This document shows, piece after piece, positions 38,345-51,604 of a DNA stretch of 64,000 nt. Under the pieces are notes generated by a model. It did no database searches. It was not told where the DNA came from and worked only from the letters and a program-made list of their open reading frames with translations. The translations under genes were made by a program, and so were the position numbers. Origin of the DNA: Leucoraja erinacea (Eukaryota); the NCBI RefSeq assembly GCF_028641065.1, contig NC_073385.1, positions 19,654,001 to 19,718,000 on the forward strand, written 5' to 3'. The first letter of the stretch is position 1, and the number at the start of each line of letters is the position of its first letter.

Positions 38345-38640
38345 CAGTGACATCATTTAAGGGGAAATCCTCAGGTGACGTCACCGACAGGCCGAACGTC
38401 AGCGTGACGTTCCCTGGGCCGTGTGCGTCACCACGTGACGTGTCCGGCAGGCCGTGCGCGCGCCCGCCGGTCGGGGCGGTGACGTCACACGCGCACCCGC
38501 TGAGCCCGTTAGGCGCGCGCGCGCACGCCGCGCGGGAGAGGCCGCGGCTCCGTCACCGATACCGGGGAAAGGCTCACGCCGCGTCTGCAGCCGAGGTCCT
38601 GCCCAGCCCAGCGAAGGGCCTGCACCGCACGGTGAGGGGA
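38345..38640. promoter_or_regulatory. CpG island and candidate promoter between ZBTB1 and ZBTB25
   Basis: Very CpG-dense; TGACGTCA palindromes at about 38376 and 38480 plus several half-sites; candidate + strand donor CG|GTGAG at 38632. Confidence 0.7.
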
Positions 38641-38689
38641 GCGGGGATAGAGGGCAGCGTGGCGGGGGGGATGGGGAGTAATTTCTGGG

Positions 38690-39090
38690 GGGGCTTGGGT
38701 GAGGGGCGAGTGGGTGAGGGGGAGAGTGGGTGAGGGGGGGGGGGGTGGGTGAGGGGGCAGGGGAGAGGAGGGTGAGGGGGAGGGGGAGGGAGTGAGGGAG
38801 GGGGAGGGGGGGGGGGAGGAGGGGGGAGGGGAGTGGCTGCGGTTGGGAGGGGATGATGAGGAGGGGTGGGTGAGGAGGGGTGGGGGAGGGGTGGAGGATG
38901 AGGGTGAGTGGGTGCGGGAGGAAAGGGGAGGGGGGTGAGGGGGGGGAGTGGGTGAAAGGGGACGGGGGGAAGGGGGTGGGGGGGAGGGGGTGGGGGACGT
39001 GGGGTGATGAGGGGGGGTGGGGAGGGGGGAGGGGGGTGAGGGGGGGGTTGTGGGGGGTGGTGAGGAGGGTGAAGGTGAGGAGGGAGGGGT
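38690..39090 (+). repeat. G-rich purine low-complexity tract
   Basis: About 400 bp of G runs separated by A/T, with almost no C. Confidence 0.85.
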
Positions 39091-41289
39091 ACACAGAGTG
39101 GAAGCAGTTCGAGGAGCTTCTGGTACTAAATACAATCATACAATCAAAAGAAAGCTGTTTGCTGCAAAAAGCAGACTCATTCAGTGTTTCCAAAGCCTGA
39201 GTAGTTATTCTTCATACAACGGCTATTAACTAAAAACAAATAATTTCATTGTACCTTTGTACATGTGACCAAAAAATATTATTGTCAGTGGCCCAATTCG
39301 CAACTGTGAAACCATTATGCCTCATACTTTGTCTTCATCTCTGGCCTTTGTCCAACCATCTGCCGATCAAACCCCCTTAGTTGTATCCACCTATCACTCG
39401 CGTGGTGATATGGGCCTGCACGGTGGTGCAGTGGTAGAATTTAGTTTAGAGAAACAGCGCGGAAACAGACCCTTCGGCACACCGAGTCCGCGCCGACCAG
39501 CGATCCCCGCACATTAACACTATCCGACACACACTAGGGACAATTTACATTTTTTTCAATCAAACCAATTAACCTGCAAACCTGCACGTCTTTGGAGTGT
39601 GGGAGGAAATAGGAGCACCAGGGAAATACTCATGTGGTCACAGGGCCAATGTACAGACTCCGTACAGCGTCAGAGACCCGGGTTCGATCCTGATTACGGG
39701 TGGTGACTGTATGGAGTTTGTGCGTTCTCCCTGGGTTTTCCCGGGTGTTCTGGTTTCTTCCCACACTCCAAAGACTTACAGGCTTGTAGGTTACTTGTCC
39801 TCGGTAAAGATTGTAAATTGTCCCAAGTGTGTAGGATAGTGCTGGTGTGCGGGGATCGCTGGTCGGTGCATACTCGGTGGGCTAAAGGACCTGTTCCCGC
39901 ACTGTATCTCTAAGCTAAACTAGCCAGGCACCACAGTTAGTCTCGCACTACCCCATCACCTCCCAAACCCACCACCTCTACTGGAAGAGCGTCAAAGGCA
40001 GCAAAGACATGAAAATACCGCTAAAATCTACCTTATCACACAACCTCAGCTTATCTTTAATCGGAACTTATCTTGCATTAAACGTTATTCCCTTTATCCT
40101 GTATCTGTACACTGGACGGCTCAATTGTAATCATGTATAGTCTTTCAGCTGACTGGTTAGCACGCAACCAACAGCTTTTCACTGTACATTGGTACACGTG
40201 GTAATAAACTAAACTAGGTTCAGACGAAATGTGTAGGAAGGAACTGCAGATGCTGGTTTAAACTAAATATAGACACAAAAGGCTGAGGTATCTCAGCGGG
40301 ACAGGCAGCGATCTTTGGGCAGCATTTCTGGAGAGAATAGGTGATGTTTTGAGTTGAGACTCTTCAGACCTATGTTCATTGTTTGACTGTCATTGTTCTT
40401 TGAAGAATTCATGTGCTTTGGATAAAGAGTAATCACTGGCTATACAATATTTTTAGATTGAGTTTGAAAGTGAGTGGAAGCTGATCAATTAGTTTATTGC
40501 CATATAAACAGCGGTGCAGTGAAGTCCAACAATATATACAACAGCAAAATGGTACAAAGATTATAGAGCAATCTGAAGTTGTGCAAAAATAATTGCAATA
40601 TTTGTAGATCTTATTTAGTGTCTGGGGTTATGGGGGGAAGGCAGGAAAATGGGGTTGAGAAGGAAAGAGATCAGGCATGATTGAATGGCGGATGGTCAAA
40701 TTCTGCTCCTGTAAGCTTGAAATTGCAGCAGAATGAGGAAAAGTTAAGAGTATGTGGCAGCACCTCTAGGAAGGGGTATAAGTGAGGTGGTTGTTCAGTA
40801 GTCTGTTAGCTTTGGGGAATAAGTCTGGATATCTGAGCTTTCAAGATCCCAATATCTCCTCCAAAAGGTGCAAGAGGTAAAAAGGGATTGACCAGGGTGG
40901 CCAGGCACCCTTGACGATAACTCCAGCCTTCCTGATGCAATGCATCGTGAAGATGGACTGGATGGAAGGAAGTGATGAGCCTGTGATGGGCTGAGATCTA
41001 TATAAATAAAATAATCGGTGAAGGAATGAGAGGAGAACTGGTTGTGGTTGATTGAGAGGGATGTCGTTAGATTGGTAGAGTTAGATTTCACAAAGTGCAG
41101 ACAATAATTTACCAAAAGCACAAAGAACCAACAAGAACAGAGGCCCTTGTTTGGCTGGCAAATGATGGTGGTATAAGAGTTATACAGTATGGAAATTGCC
41201 CCTTTGGCTCAACAGCGTCCATGCTGACAAACATGCCCCATCTACACTAGTCCCATCTGTCTGCCCGTATCCCTCCATCCACAAGTCCT

Positions 41290-41900
41290 AGAGGTAGAAT
41301 TAGGCCATTCGGCCCATTCAATCATGACTGATCTCTACCACCTAATCCCATTTTCCTGCCTTCTCCCCATAAACCTTGACACGGTTCTAATCAATAACTT
41401 GTCTACCTCTGCCTTAAAATATCCACTGACTTGACCTCCACAGTCCTCTGTGGTATTGAGTTCCCCAGATTAACTACCCTCTGACTAAAGAAGTTTCTCC
41501 TCACCTCCTTTCTAAAATAGCGTCCTTTAATTCTGAGACTATGAGCCCTGGTCCAAGACTCTCCCGCCAGTGGAAACATTCTTTCCACATCTACTCTATC
41601 TATGCCTATCATTGTTCTGTAAGTTTCAATGAGGTCTAACCTTCTAAACCTTCTAAACTCCAGCGAATAGAGGCCCCGTGCTGTCAAACTCTCATCAAAT
41701 GCTAACCCACTCATTCCTGGAATCATTCTTGTAAACCACCTCTTGACCCTCTCCAGAGCCAGTACATCCTTCCTCAGATATGGAGTCCACATTTGCTCAC
41801 AGTACCCCAAATACGGCCTACCAGCGCTTTATGGAGCATTACATCTCCATTTTGTATTCCACTCCTCTTGATATAAATGCTAGCATTGAATTTGCCTTCC
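41290..41900 (-). mobile_element. CR1 LINE 3' fragment
   Basis: ORF 41403-41810 with GLYSLEFRR and FFSQRVVNL. Confidence 0.85.
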
Positions 41901-42399
41901 TTACTACCGATATACCTTTCCTATCCATGTATCTGTCCAAGGGTCTTTAAAATATTGTTATAATACCTTCCTCAACTACCTCTTCTGGCAGATCGCTCCA
42001 TATACCCACCACTCTCTGTAAAAATAGTGCCCCTTAGGTTCCTATCAAATCTTTCCCCTCTCACCTTATACTTACGCCCTCTGGTTTTTGATTCCCGCAT
42101 CCTGGGTAAAATAATATGATCCGATTTTCAGAAAAACTAATATCACCTTTATGCACAAAAATCCAATGGAACAGAGGCCCAAGTGTGTCTGCCAATTGAA
42201 AGTGTTAACCCAAGGAAGAAGCTTATAAAGTTGGCAGACATAGCAGTAAAGCTAAGGATGGGAGTGTGGAAGACTAAGATCTTCTATAGCAGGGGTCGGC
42301 CAAGGGGCCAGGACATATGTCCGTGAGCGGTGGCGGGCCACATCTATCACGTGTGCACATGGCTCCCGCCCCGGATGGCAGGCATCAAATCACGGGTTC

Positions 42400-42710
42400 A
42401 CATAGATCTCGCCCCTTCGAGGACGTCACCCGGAGCACTGAGATCAAATATCACACTCACTCGTCCCCGGCCTCCTGACAACCCCGATTCCGACAGTGAA
42501 GCCCAGACACACAAGGTGTGCTGCCATGCCGGCGGATTTGCGCAGGATTCACTCCAGCATTTTTTTCTACCTTCAATTTTTCCAGCATCTGCAGTTCTTT
42601 CTTAGACATTCCAGATACCGGAGATGGCGGACGTCTGCGGGCCGGATGATTGAGGGGAAAAAAAACTACTGCAGGCTGGATTCGGCCCGTGGTCCGCAGG
42701 TTACCGACCC
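42400..42710. promoter_or_regulatory. Second CpG-enriched candidate promoter or first exon
   Basis: GACGTCA at 42422; YY1-like AGATGGCGG at 42622; strong minus-strand donor GA|GTGAGT at about 42460. Confidence 0.4.
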
Positions 42711-43245
42711 AATAGACAATAGGTACAGGAGTAGGCCATTCGACCCATCGAGCCAGCACCGCCATTCAATGTGATCATGACTTATCATCCCCAATCAGTT
42801 CCTGCTTTCTCCCCATATCCCCTGACTCCGCTATCTTTAAGAGCCCTATCTAGCTTTCTCTTGAAAGTATTCAGAGAACCTGCCTCCTCCGTCCTCTGAG
42901 GCAGAGAATTCCACAGACTCACCACTCTCTGTGAGAAAAAGTGTTTCCTCGTCTCCGTTCTAAATGGCTTACTCCTTATTTTTAAACTGTGACCCCCTGG
43001 TTCTGGACTCCCCCAACATCGGGAACATGTTTCCTGCCTCTAGCCTGTCCAACCCCTTAACAATCTTATATGTTTCAACAAGATCTCCTCTCATCCTTCT
43101 GAACTCCAGAGTGTACAAACCCAGCCGCTCCATTCTCTCAGCATGTGACAGTCCCGCCATCCCGGGAATTAACCTTGTAAACCTACGCTGCACTCCCTCA
43201 ATAGACCCCTCTTCTATAGGGGCATAAAAAGAAAAAGTCTAGTAA
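42710..43245 (-). mobile_element. CR1 LINE 3' fragment
   Basis: ORF 42969-43193 [14 protein letters not shown]. Confidence 0.85.
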
Positions 43246-43324
43246 GGATGTATTGGCATTGGTTTATTGTTGTTAATTGGACCAAGACACACTGAAAAAG
43301 CTAACCAGACAAAGATTGAGGGAG

Positions 43325-44100
43325 GTACACAAAATTGCTGGAGAAACTCAGCGGGTGCAGCAACATCTATGGAGCGAAGGAAATAGGCGACGTTTCGGGC
43401 CCAAACCCTTCTTCAGACTGATGGGGGGTGGGAGGGAGAAGGAAGGAAAAAGGGAGGAGGAGGAGCCCGAGGACGGGAGGATGGGAGGAGACAGCTCGAG
43501 GGTTAAGGAAGGGGAGGAGACAGCAAGGGCTAGCAAAATTGGGAGAATTCAACGTTAATGCCATTAGGATGCAAACTGCCCAGGCGGAATATGAGGTGCT
43601 GTTCCTCCAATTTCCAGTGTTGCTCACTCTGGCAATGGAGGAGATCCAGGACAGAGAGGTCGGATTGGGAATGGGAGGGGGAGTTGAAGTGCTGAGCCAC
43701 CGGGAGGTCAGGTTGGTTATTGCGGACTGAGCGGAGGTGTTCGGCGAAACGATCGCCCAACCTACGCTTATTCTCCCCGATGTAGATCAGCTGACATCTA
43801 GAGCAGCGGATGCAGTAGATGAGGTTGGAGGAGATACAGGTGAACCTTTGTCGCACCTGGAACGACTGCTTGGGTCCTTGAATGGAGTCGATGGGGGAGG
43901 TGAAGGGACAGGTGTTGCATTTCTTGCGGTTGCAATGGAAAGTGCCTGGGGAGGAGGTGGTACGGGAGGGAAGGGAAGAATTGACAAGGGAGTTGCGGAG
44001 GGAGCGGTCTTTGCGGAAGGCAGACATGGGGGGAGATGGGAAGATGTGGCGAGTGGTGGGGTCACGTTGGAGGTGGCGGAAAAGGCGGAGGATTATGTGT
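43325..44100 (-). mobile_element. Penelope-like element GIY-YIG fragment
   Basis: ORF 43530-44027 with CNRKKCNTC, LIYCIRC, IYIGENKRRLGDRFAEH. Confidence 0.9.
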
Positions 44101-44579
44101 TGTATTTGCGGGAGACCTGATAGAAATATATAACATTTTGGTCGGCATAGATAGGGTAGACAGAACTTCTTTTTGCAGGATGGAAATGTAAAAGACTAGA
44201 GCACAGCTTTAAGGTGAGAGGGGCAAAGTTTAAAGGAGATGTGCAGGGCAAGTCTATTTTTATACATAGGGTGGTGTGTGCCAGGAACATGCTGCCAGGA
44301 GTGGTAGTGGAGGCAGATATAGTGGTATTTAAGAGGCTTTTCTTCTAAACCCCATTCACTCAAGAAATTCCTCATCTCTTTTCTAAAGGTGCGTCCTTTT
44401 ATTCTGAGGCTGGGCCCTCTGGTCCTAGAGTCTCCCACTCGTGGAAACATCCTCTCCGCATCCACTCTCCAGGCCTTTCACTATCTGGTAAATTTCAGTC
44501 TGAAGAAGGGTCACCTATCCTGTTTTTCCAGCGATGCTGCCTGACCTGCTGAGTTACATCAAAATGTTGTGTCTATTTT

Positions 44580-45380
44580 CATAGAAACATAGAAAATAGG
44601 TGCAGGAGTAGGCCATGCGGCCCTTTGAGCCTGCGCCGCCATTCAATATGATCATGGCTGATCATCCAACTCAGTATCCTGTACCTGCCTTCTCTCCATA
44701 CCCCCTGATCCCTTTAGCCACAAGGGCCACATCTAACTCCCTCTGAAATATAGCTAATGAACTGGCCTCAACTACCTTCTGTGGCAGTGAATTCCAGAGA
44801 TTCACCACTCTCTGTGTGAAAAGTGTTTTTCTCATCTCGGTCCTAAAAGATTTCCCCCTTATCCTTAAACTGTGAGCCCTTGTTCTCGACTTCTCCAACA
44901 TCGGGAACAATCTTCCTGCATCTAGCCTGTCCAACCCCTTAAGAATTTTGTAAGTTTCTATAAGATCCCCCCCTCAATCTTCTAAATTCTAGCGAGTACA
45001 AGCCGAGTCTATCCAGTCTTTCTTCATATGAAAGGCCTGACATCCCAGGAATTAGTCTGGTGAACCTTCTCTGTACTCCCTCTCTGGCAATAATGTCTTT
45101 CCTCAGATTAGGAGACCAAAACTGTATGCAATACTCCAGGTGTGGTCTCACCAAGACCCCGTACAACTGCAGTAGAACCTCCCTGCTCCCTGGTTTTCGG
45201 TGTAAACCAGTATCTGCAGGACCTATCCAAGTTTCAATGAGGTACCCCCTCATCCTTCTAAACTCCAGGCCCTGTGCTGTAAAATGCTCATCGCATGTTA
45301 ACCCAAACATCCCCGGAATCATCCCCGTAAACCTCTGGACCCCCTCCGTTGACAGCATATCTGTCCTCAGATATGGGCCC
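44580..45380 (-). mobile_element. CR1 LINE 3' fragments
   Basis: ORFs 44671-44934 and 44939-45382, very similar to the 12.2-12.8 kb copy. Confidence 0.88.
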
Positions 45381-46986
45381 AAACTTGTTTTCTAACTGTG
45401 TATTTTTGTACCAACGTCTTGCTAATTTTCTTGCTCAATCATTTTCTTTTCACCGTTCTGTAGAATTTCTGTGTAATTTATGTTTTTGTATCGTGACACA
45501 AGGTTTATAAAAAAGACACAAAATGCTGGAGTAACTCAGCTGGCCAGGGAACATCTGTGGAGACGTTTCGGGTCGGGACCCTTCTTCAGAGAAGGGGAGG
45601 GGGCGGGACAAAGATAATGTAGTCGGAGATAGTAAGACTAGTGGGAAAACTGGGAAGGGGATGGAGAGAGAAAGCAAGGGCTACCTGAAATTAGAGAAGT
45701 CAATATTCATACCGCTGGGGTGTAAACTACCTCAGTGGTATGACGTTGACTTCTCTAACTTCAGATAGCCCTTGGTTTCTCTCTCTCTCCATCCCCTCCC
45801 TCTTCCCAGTTCTCCCACTAGTCTTATTATCTCCGACTACATTCTATCTTTGTCCCGCCCCCTCCCCTGACATCAGTCTGAAGAAGGGTCTTGACCTAAA
45901 ACATCGCCCATTCCTTCTCCAGAGATGCTGCCTCACCCGCTGAGTTACTTCAGCATTTTGTGTCTTCCATCTATTTTCTATGTTGTCTATGTGCCAGTGA
46001 ATCTGCTGCAAGCAAGATTTTCATTGAACCTCTACCTCACTGTACCTCCGTAGAAGTGGGCTAGAATATAGTTCTCAGCTTTGCAGCGTATGAGCTCCAC
46101 AGTCCACATAGGGGTAGATGTGATTCAGGCAGGACCCTAGCTTATGGAAGGGCCATTTAGAAGCCTGATAACAGAGGGGAAAAAAGTTGTTCCTGAGTCT
46201 GGTGGTGCGCGCTTTCAAGCTTCTGTACCTTCTGCCGGACGGGAGCGGGCGAAGAAGGAATGAACGGGGTGGGACAAAACTTTGATTATGTTGGGTGCTG
46301 TCTGTGTGGAGATAGATGCTGCATGTCCCGCTGAGTTACCCCAGCTTTTTGTGTATCTTCGGTTTAAACCAGCATCTGCAGTTTCTTCTTACACTAAAAT
46401 AATGTGCCCTGAGTCTGTAGTTCAGAGCCTATTTGGAGGTTGTAGTGTGTAATAGCCTGATGGGGGGTGGGATGGTGTGTGTCAATGATGGGACGTCTGG
46501 CCTGTGAGATGGACTAGGCCACATCCACAACTCTTGACAATTACTTGTGTTCTTGGGCAGAGCTGTTCCCAAACCAAGCTGTGACGCAACCCGACAGTCT
46601 GCTTATTCTGGTGAACCTATATAAGGAGAGGAAATGCAGCACGGTGGCGCAGCGGTAGTGTTGCTGCCTCACAGCACCAGAGACCCTGGTTCGATCCTGA
46701 CTATGGGTGCTGTCTGTGCGGAGTCTGTACGTCCTTCCTGTGACAGCGCGGGTTTTCCCCGGGTGCTCTGGTTTCCGGCTATAGGTTTGTAGGTTAATTG
46801 GCATGGGTAAAGATTCGGGATTGTCCCTAGTGTGTGGGATTGCGTTAGTCAGCGTGGACCCGGTGGGCCAAAGGACCTGTTTCCACGCTGTATTTCTAAA
46901 CTAAAAAGGTTTGAAAGAGGAGTGAAATGTAAAGGGGGGTGGGGCCGGTATTGATTGTGGGTTTTGTTCCTCTGCAGGGTGAGGGC

Positions 46987-47159
46987 ATGGACGTGGCCAA
47001 TCACAGCGTGGTGCTGCTGCAGCAGCTGAACGTGCAGCGGGAGTTTGGCTTCCTGTGTGACTGCACCGTGGCCGTGGGAGACATCCATTTCAAGGCCCAC
47101 CGGGCCGTGCTGGCTGCCTTCTCCAACTACTTCAAGATGATCTTCATCCATCAGTCTAG
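46987..47159 (+). CDS. ZBTB25: ZBTB25 coding exon 1 (N-terminal BTB)
   Basis: [57 protein letters not shown]; acceptor at 46976-77; donor AG|GTACAT; phase 2. Confidence 0.92.
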
Positions 47160-48755
47160 GTACATGGCATCCTCACCCCCTTCCTCACTCACTCTCCGCT
47201 GGTCGGCTGCTCTGGAAGATCAGGAAGAGCTAATGAATTGGACACATAAGATAGACACAAAATGCTGGAGCAACTCAGCGGGACAGGCAGCATCTCTGGA
47301 GAGAAGGAATGGGTGAAGTTTTGGTTCGAGACCCTTCTTTAGATTGAGAGTCAGGGGAGAGGGAGACATATAGATATGGTAGGGTAAGGTGTGAAAGCAC
47401 AGATCAAAGAGGACAATGATAAAGAAATAAAGATTGGTACATTGTATGCCTTGTTGTCACCTTCCCCATAGCTAACAATCAGTAATATTTCATCAGGTGG
47501 AAAATGAAACTAGTCAGAGAACTAGGATGGGGGAGGGACAGAGAGACAGAGAGAGGGAAAGCAAGGGTCACAAAGTTAGAGAAATCAATATCAAACCGAT
47601 CGGGTGTAAGCTGCCCAAGCAAAATATGTGGTTCCTCCAAATTGTATAGGCCTCACTCTGACATTGGAGTAGGCCCAGGAGGGAAAGGTCAGTATGGGAG
47701 GGGGAGTTTAGTGTTTAGAAATTGGACATATAATTTGGAGTAGTGTGCAGTTCTGGTCGCTCCAGTACAGGACGAATGTGGAGGCTTTGGTGAGGTTGCA
47801 GGGGAGGTTAAACAGACTGGTGTATGTTTATTATAAGGAGGAGGAGCCATCTTGGGGAGCGGCTGCTAACCAGCAGCCGTCCGTTTACTTCGCTTTTTTT
47901 AACAAAGTTTTTAGTAAGTCCACTGTTTCGTCCGTTGGAGAAATTGACTTTTTAATGTGGGGGATAGGGGGCAATTTTACTCCTAGGTCCCTACCTGGTT
48001 GGTGAGGCAGCTTTTTCTCCGGGCTGCCCGTCGACCCATGCTCATGGCCTACCAGCGGGCTTGGAGCGCCGTTTCCTGGCGGGGACCGCCCAGCACCTCG
48101 GCCTCGGTGGCGGCGCAGGCGATGCCTTGCCTGGGTCGCGGCGTTGGATCGACGCGCTGGAGCTCCGGTGAGCTGTGTCCGCCGTGTTCGACACCTCCAG
48201 GCTGCGGGTCTGCGGCGCCGATTTCAACATCGGGAGCCTGGGAGCTCCAGGCCGGCGCGGCCTTGTCGGCTTCGGAAGCCGCGGTCTGCAGCTAGGAAGC
48301 GGCCGTTCCAGGTGGCCCAGCCGCTGAGAGGACTCCCGACGTCGGGGCAAGATCACCCTGTGAGAACGGCCAGGAGCATCGGGCCTCCGTAGAGGCAATT
48401 GCGGTGGCCTCAATAGGCCTGACTTTGGGTGAACTTGGGGTTGGGAACTGGACATTGTGCCTTCCCCCACAGTGGTATCCATTGTGGGGGGATGATTTTT
48501 TTTGTCTGTAAGGTAATCCTGTTAGTCTTTGTCCAAGATGGCTGTCGGAAGGGAGAGTGGACGCTGGCGCGCTTTAGGTGCCGCTGCTCTCTTTTCACAT
48601 TTGGTTTTTGATTTTTTGTTTTTGGACTGAATTCTGTTTTTAATTTGTGTTTCTGTGATGTCTTTATTACTTATTTTATTCTGATTGTATGTTTTTTATT
48701 TCTGTTAATCTCTGTAAGGTGTCCTTGAGATTTCTGAAAGGCGCCCAAAAATAAA

Positions 48756-48789
<34 letters not shown>

Positions 48790-49240
48790 GTTACGTGTAC
48801 CGAGGTAAAGTGGAATTTTGTTTTGAAAGCTATCCAATTCAATACAAACTACCCAACATGGATACAATCAAGCCAAAATCGCACAATAGGGAGAGCAAAG
48901 GGGAAGATACAGAGTGCAGAATATAGTTCCCTGCATTGTAGCACATCAGTTCCACAGACAAAGTCCAATGTCCGCAATGGGGTAGAGGTGAATCGGACAG
49001 TACCCTAGCTTATCGAAGGACCGTTCAGAAGCCTGATAACAGGGGAAGAAGCTGTTCCTGAGTCGTGGTAGTGCGCGCTTTCAAGGTGTTGTGCGCGCTT
49101 TCAATGTCTGCTGGACGGGAGCGGGGAGGAGGGGTGGGACAAGTGCACACTTTCATGCATGTATAGGGAGTTGGCCGAAGGGCCTGTTTGCGCGCTGTGC
49201 GGTTCTCTAACCCGTCTGTTCTGACCCCTGTTCCCTACAG

Positions 49241-50067
49241 CGACTACATCAAGGTGCAGCCAGTGGACATCCAGCCGGACATCTTCAGCTACCTGCTGCA
49301 CCTGATGTACACGGGCAAGGGGCCGAAGCAGCCGGTTGATCCCAGCCGGCTGGAGGAGGGCATCCGCTTCCTGCACGCCTACAACCTGGTGCATGACCCG
49401 GGCCACGGGGGGCCACTCTTCGGTCCCCACCACGAGGTGCTGCCTCTGCAGTCGCCCAACCTGTACGGCATACAGATCTCCGGCTCGCAGAAGGTGCAGG
49501 TGGCACAGAGCGCAGGCCGGAGCGGGCCGCCTGGCCTGGGCTTGGAGCAGCCGGGCCAGCTGCCCTCCGGCCCAGTGGCCAACATTCCCGAGCACCGCTA
49601 CGCCAGGCCGCCCATCACCCAGGAGGTGGCGACGCTCGGGGAGGACAGCAGCCCAGGAGCGACGCCGGCCGCCGCCCGCGGACTACAAGTCCCCGGCCTC
49701 GGCTTCAAGAGGGGCAAGTCCCACAAACACTACTCCTGCCACTACTGTGGGGAGAGGTTTGCTGCCAGGGGAAGCTTGCGGGACCACCTGTACTCCCATG
49801 CCAGCGGCACCCTGCCCTCAGCCACCCCACCGGCAGCCGCCCAGACCAGGGGGCTCGGAGACCACCCCCAAGAAGCCGAGAAAGCCGAGGGGCTGCTGGG
49901 GGAGGAAGTACAGCTACCAGCCGCTAACCAGCACGAGACCAACAGCCTGGACGAGCATCCTCCCGTCGGACTGACCGTCACCGTCGGAGCCTATGGGGGC
50001 GACGCCATTGAGAGCGGTAGCTTCGGCACGGCCAAGAGGAGGAAGTTCGCCTGCTCCGTTTGTGGCC
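49241..50067 (+). CDS. ZBTB25: ZBTB25 coding exon 2 (rest of BTB, one C2H2 finger, first half of a second finger)
   Basis: Acceptor cctacAG; DIQPDIFSYLLHLMYTGKGPKQ..RLEEGIRFLH..NLYGIQIS; CHYCGERF..L..HLYSH; ends KFACSVCG at donor C|GTGAGT. Confidence 0.88.
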
Positions 50068-50144
50068 GTGAGTATCCGACACCGGTGGGTGCTGGAGGTG
50101 GGGAAGGAACGGCCTGGCAATTGTGGGCTGGGCCGGCAAAGTAT

Positions 50145-51604
50145 TGGTTAAAGTGCACATTGTCAGATTTTAATAAAGGCCATTTTTATACATCTTGGTT
50201 TCACCATGTAGAAATTACAGCAGTGTTTATACATAGTCCCCTCCATTTCAGGGCACCATTATGCTTGGGACACAGCAATGTCATGTAAATGAAAGAAATA
50301 GTCATGTTTAGTATTTTGTTGTATCCTTTGCATGCAATGACTGCTTGAAGTCTGCAATTCATGGACATCACCAGTTGCTGGGTGTCCTCTCTGGTGATGC
50401 TCTGCCAGGCCTGTATTGCAGCCATCTTTAGCTTATGCTTGTTTTAGGGGCTAGTCCCCCTTCAGTTTTCTCTTCAGCATGCTCAATTGGGTTCAGATCG
50501 GGTGGTTGACTTGGCCACTCAAGAATTTACCATTTTTTAGCTTTGAAAAACTCCTTTGTTGCTTTAGCAGTATGTTTGGGATCATTGTCTTGCTGTAGAA
50601 TGAACTGCTGGCCAATGAGTTTTGAGGCATTTGTTTGAACTTGAGCAGATAGGATGCGTCTATACACGTCAGAATTCATTGTGCTACTACCATCAGCAGT
50701 TGTATCATCAATGAAGATAAGTGAGCCAGTACCTTCAGCAACGATACATGCCCAGGCCATAACACCCCCCACCACCGTGTTTCACAGATGAGGTGGTATG
50801 CTTTGTATCTTGGGCAGTTCCTTCTCTCCTCCACACTTTGCTCATGCCGTCACACTGATATAAGTTAATCTTTATCTCATCTGTCCACAAGGCTTTTTCC
50901 CAGGACTGTGGTTGCTCTTTTAAGTACTTCTTGGCAAACCGTTACCTGGCCATCCTAGTTTTGCAGCTAACCAGTGGTTTACATGCAGTGTAGCCTCTGT
51001 ATTTCTGTTCATGAAGTCTTCTGCGGACAGTGGTCTTTGAAAAGCCACACCTGACTCCTGAAGAGTGTTTCTGATCTGTCGGACAGGTATTTGGGGAATT
51101 TTCTTTATTATAGAGAGAATTCTTCCGTCATCAGCTGCAGAAGTCTTCCCTGGACTGCCAGTCCCTTTGCGATTAGTAAGCTCACCAGTGCTCTCTTTCT
51201 TCTTAATGATGTTCCAAACAGTTGATTTTGGTAAGCCTAATTTATTCTTGTTTCTCAGTCTCATAATGGCTTAATTGACTTTCATTGGCACAGCTTTGGT
51301 GCTCATGTTGATAAACAGCAATAAAAGTTTCCAAAGATGATGGAAAGACTGGAGGAAAGACTAGGTGCTGAGAGCTCTCTTATACCTGCATTAAGGGGGC
51401 AATTACCTGAGCAATTACAAACACCTGTGAAGCCATGTGTCCCAAACATTATGCTGCCCTGAAATGGGGGGGCTATGTATAAACACAGCTGTAATTTCTA
51501 CATAGTGAAACCAAAATGTAAAAATACCCTTTAATAAAATCTGACAATGTGCACTTTAACCACATGTGATTTTTTAATTGTTCTAAACATTATGGAGGGC
51601 ACTG
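50145..51604 (-). mobile_element. Tc1-family transposon (IR/DR type) with decayed transposase
   Basis: Long inverted repeats (50145-50273 versus about 51437-51562); right end ..GGAGGGCACTG|TA; fragments LGLPKSTVWNIIKK, GGVMAWACI, FILQQDNDPKHTAK; outer part of the left TIR is missing. Confidence 0.9.

Noticed and set aside
38399-39229. Pro-rich and Gly-rich ORFs (also at 23.9-24.3 kb)
   Set aside because: Artefacts of G/C low-complexity tracts.
46987-50067. Assignment as ZBTB2
   Set aside because: GKGPKQ, MIFIHQ, LEEGIRFLH and CHYCGERF, plus the head-to-head position with ZBTB1, fit ZBTB25.
50068-50288. C-terminal part of ORF 49188-50288 as real coding sequence
   Set aside because: It follows a consensus donor, lacks finger residues and runs into a Tc1 TIR.
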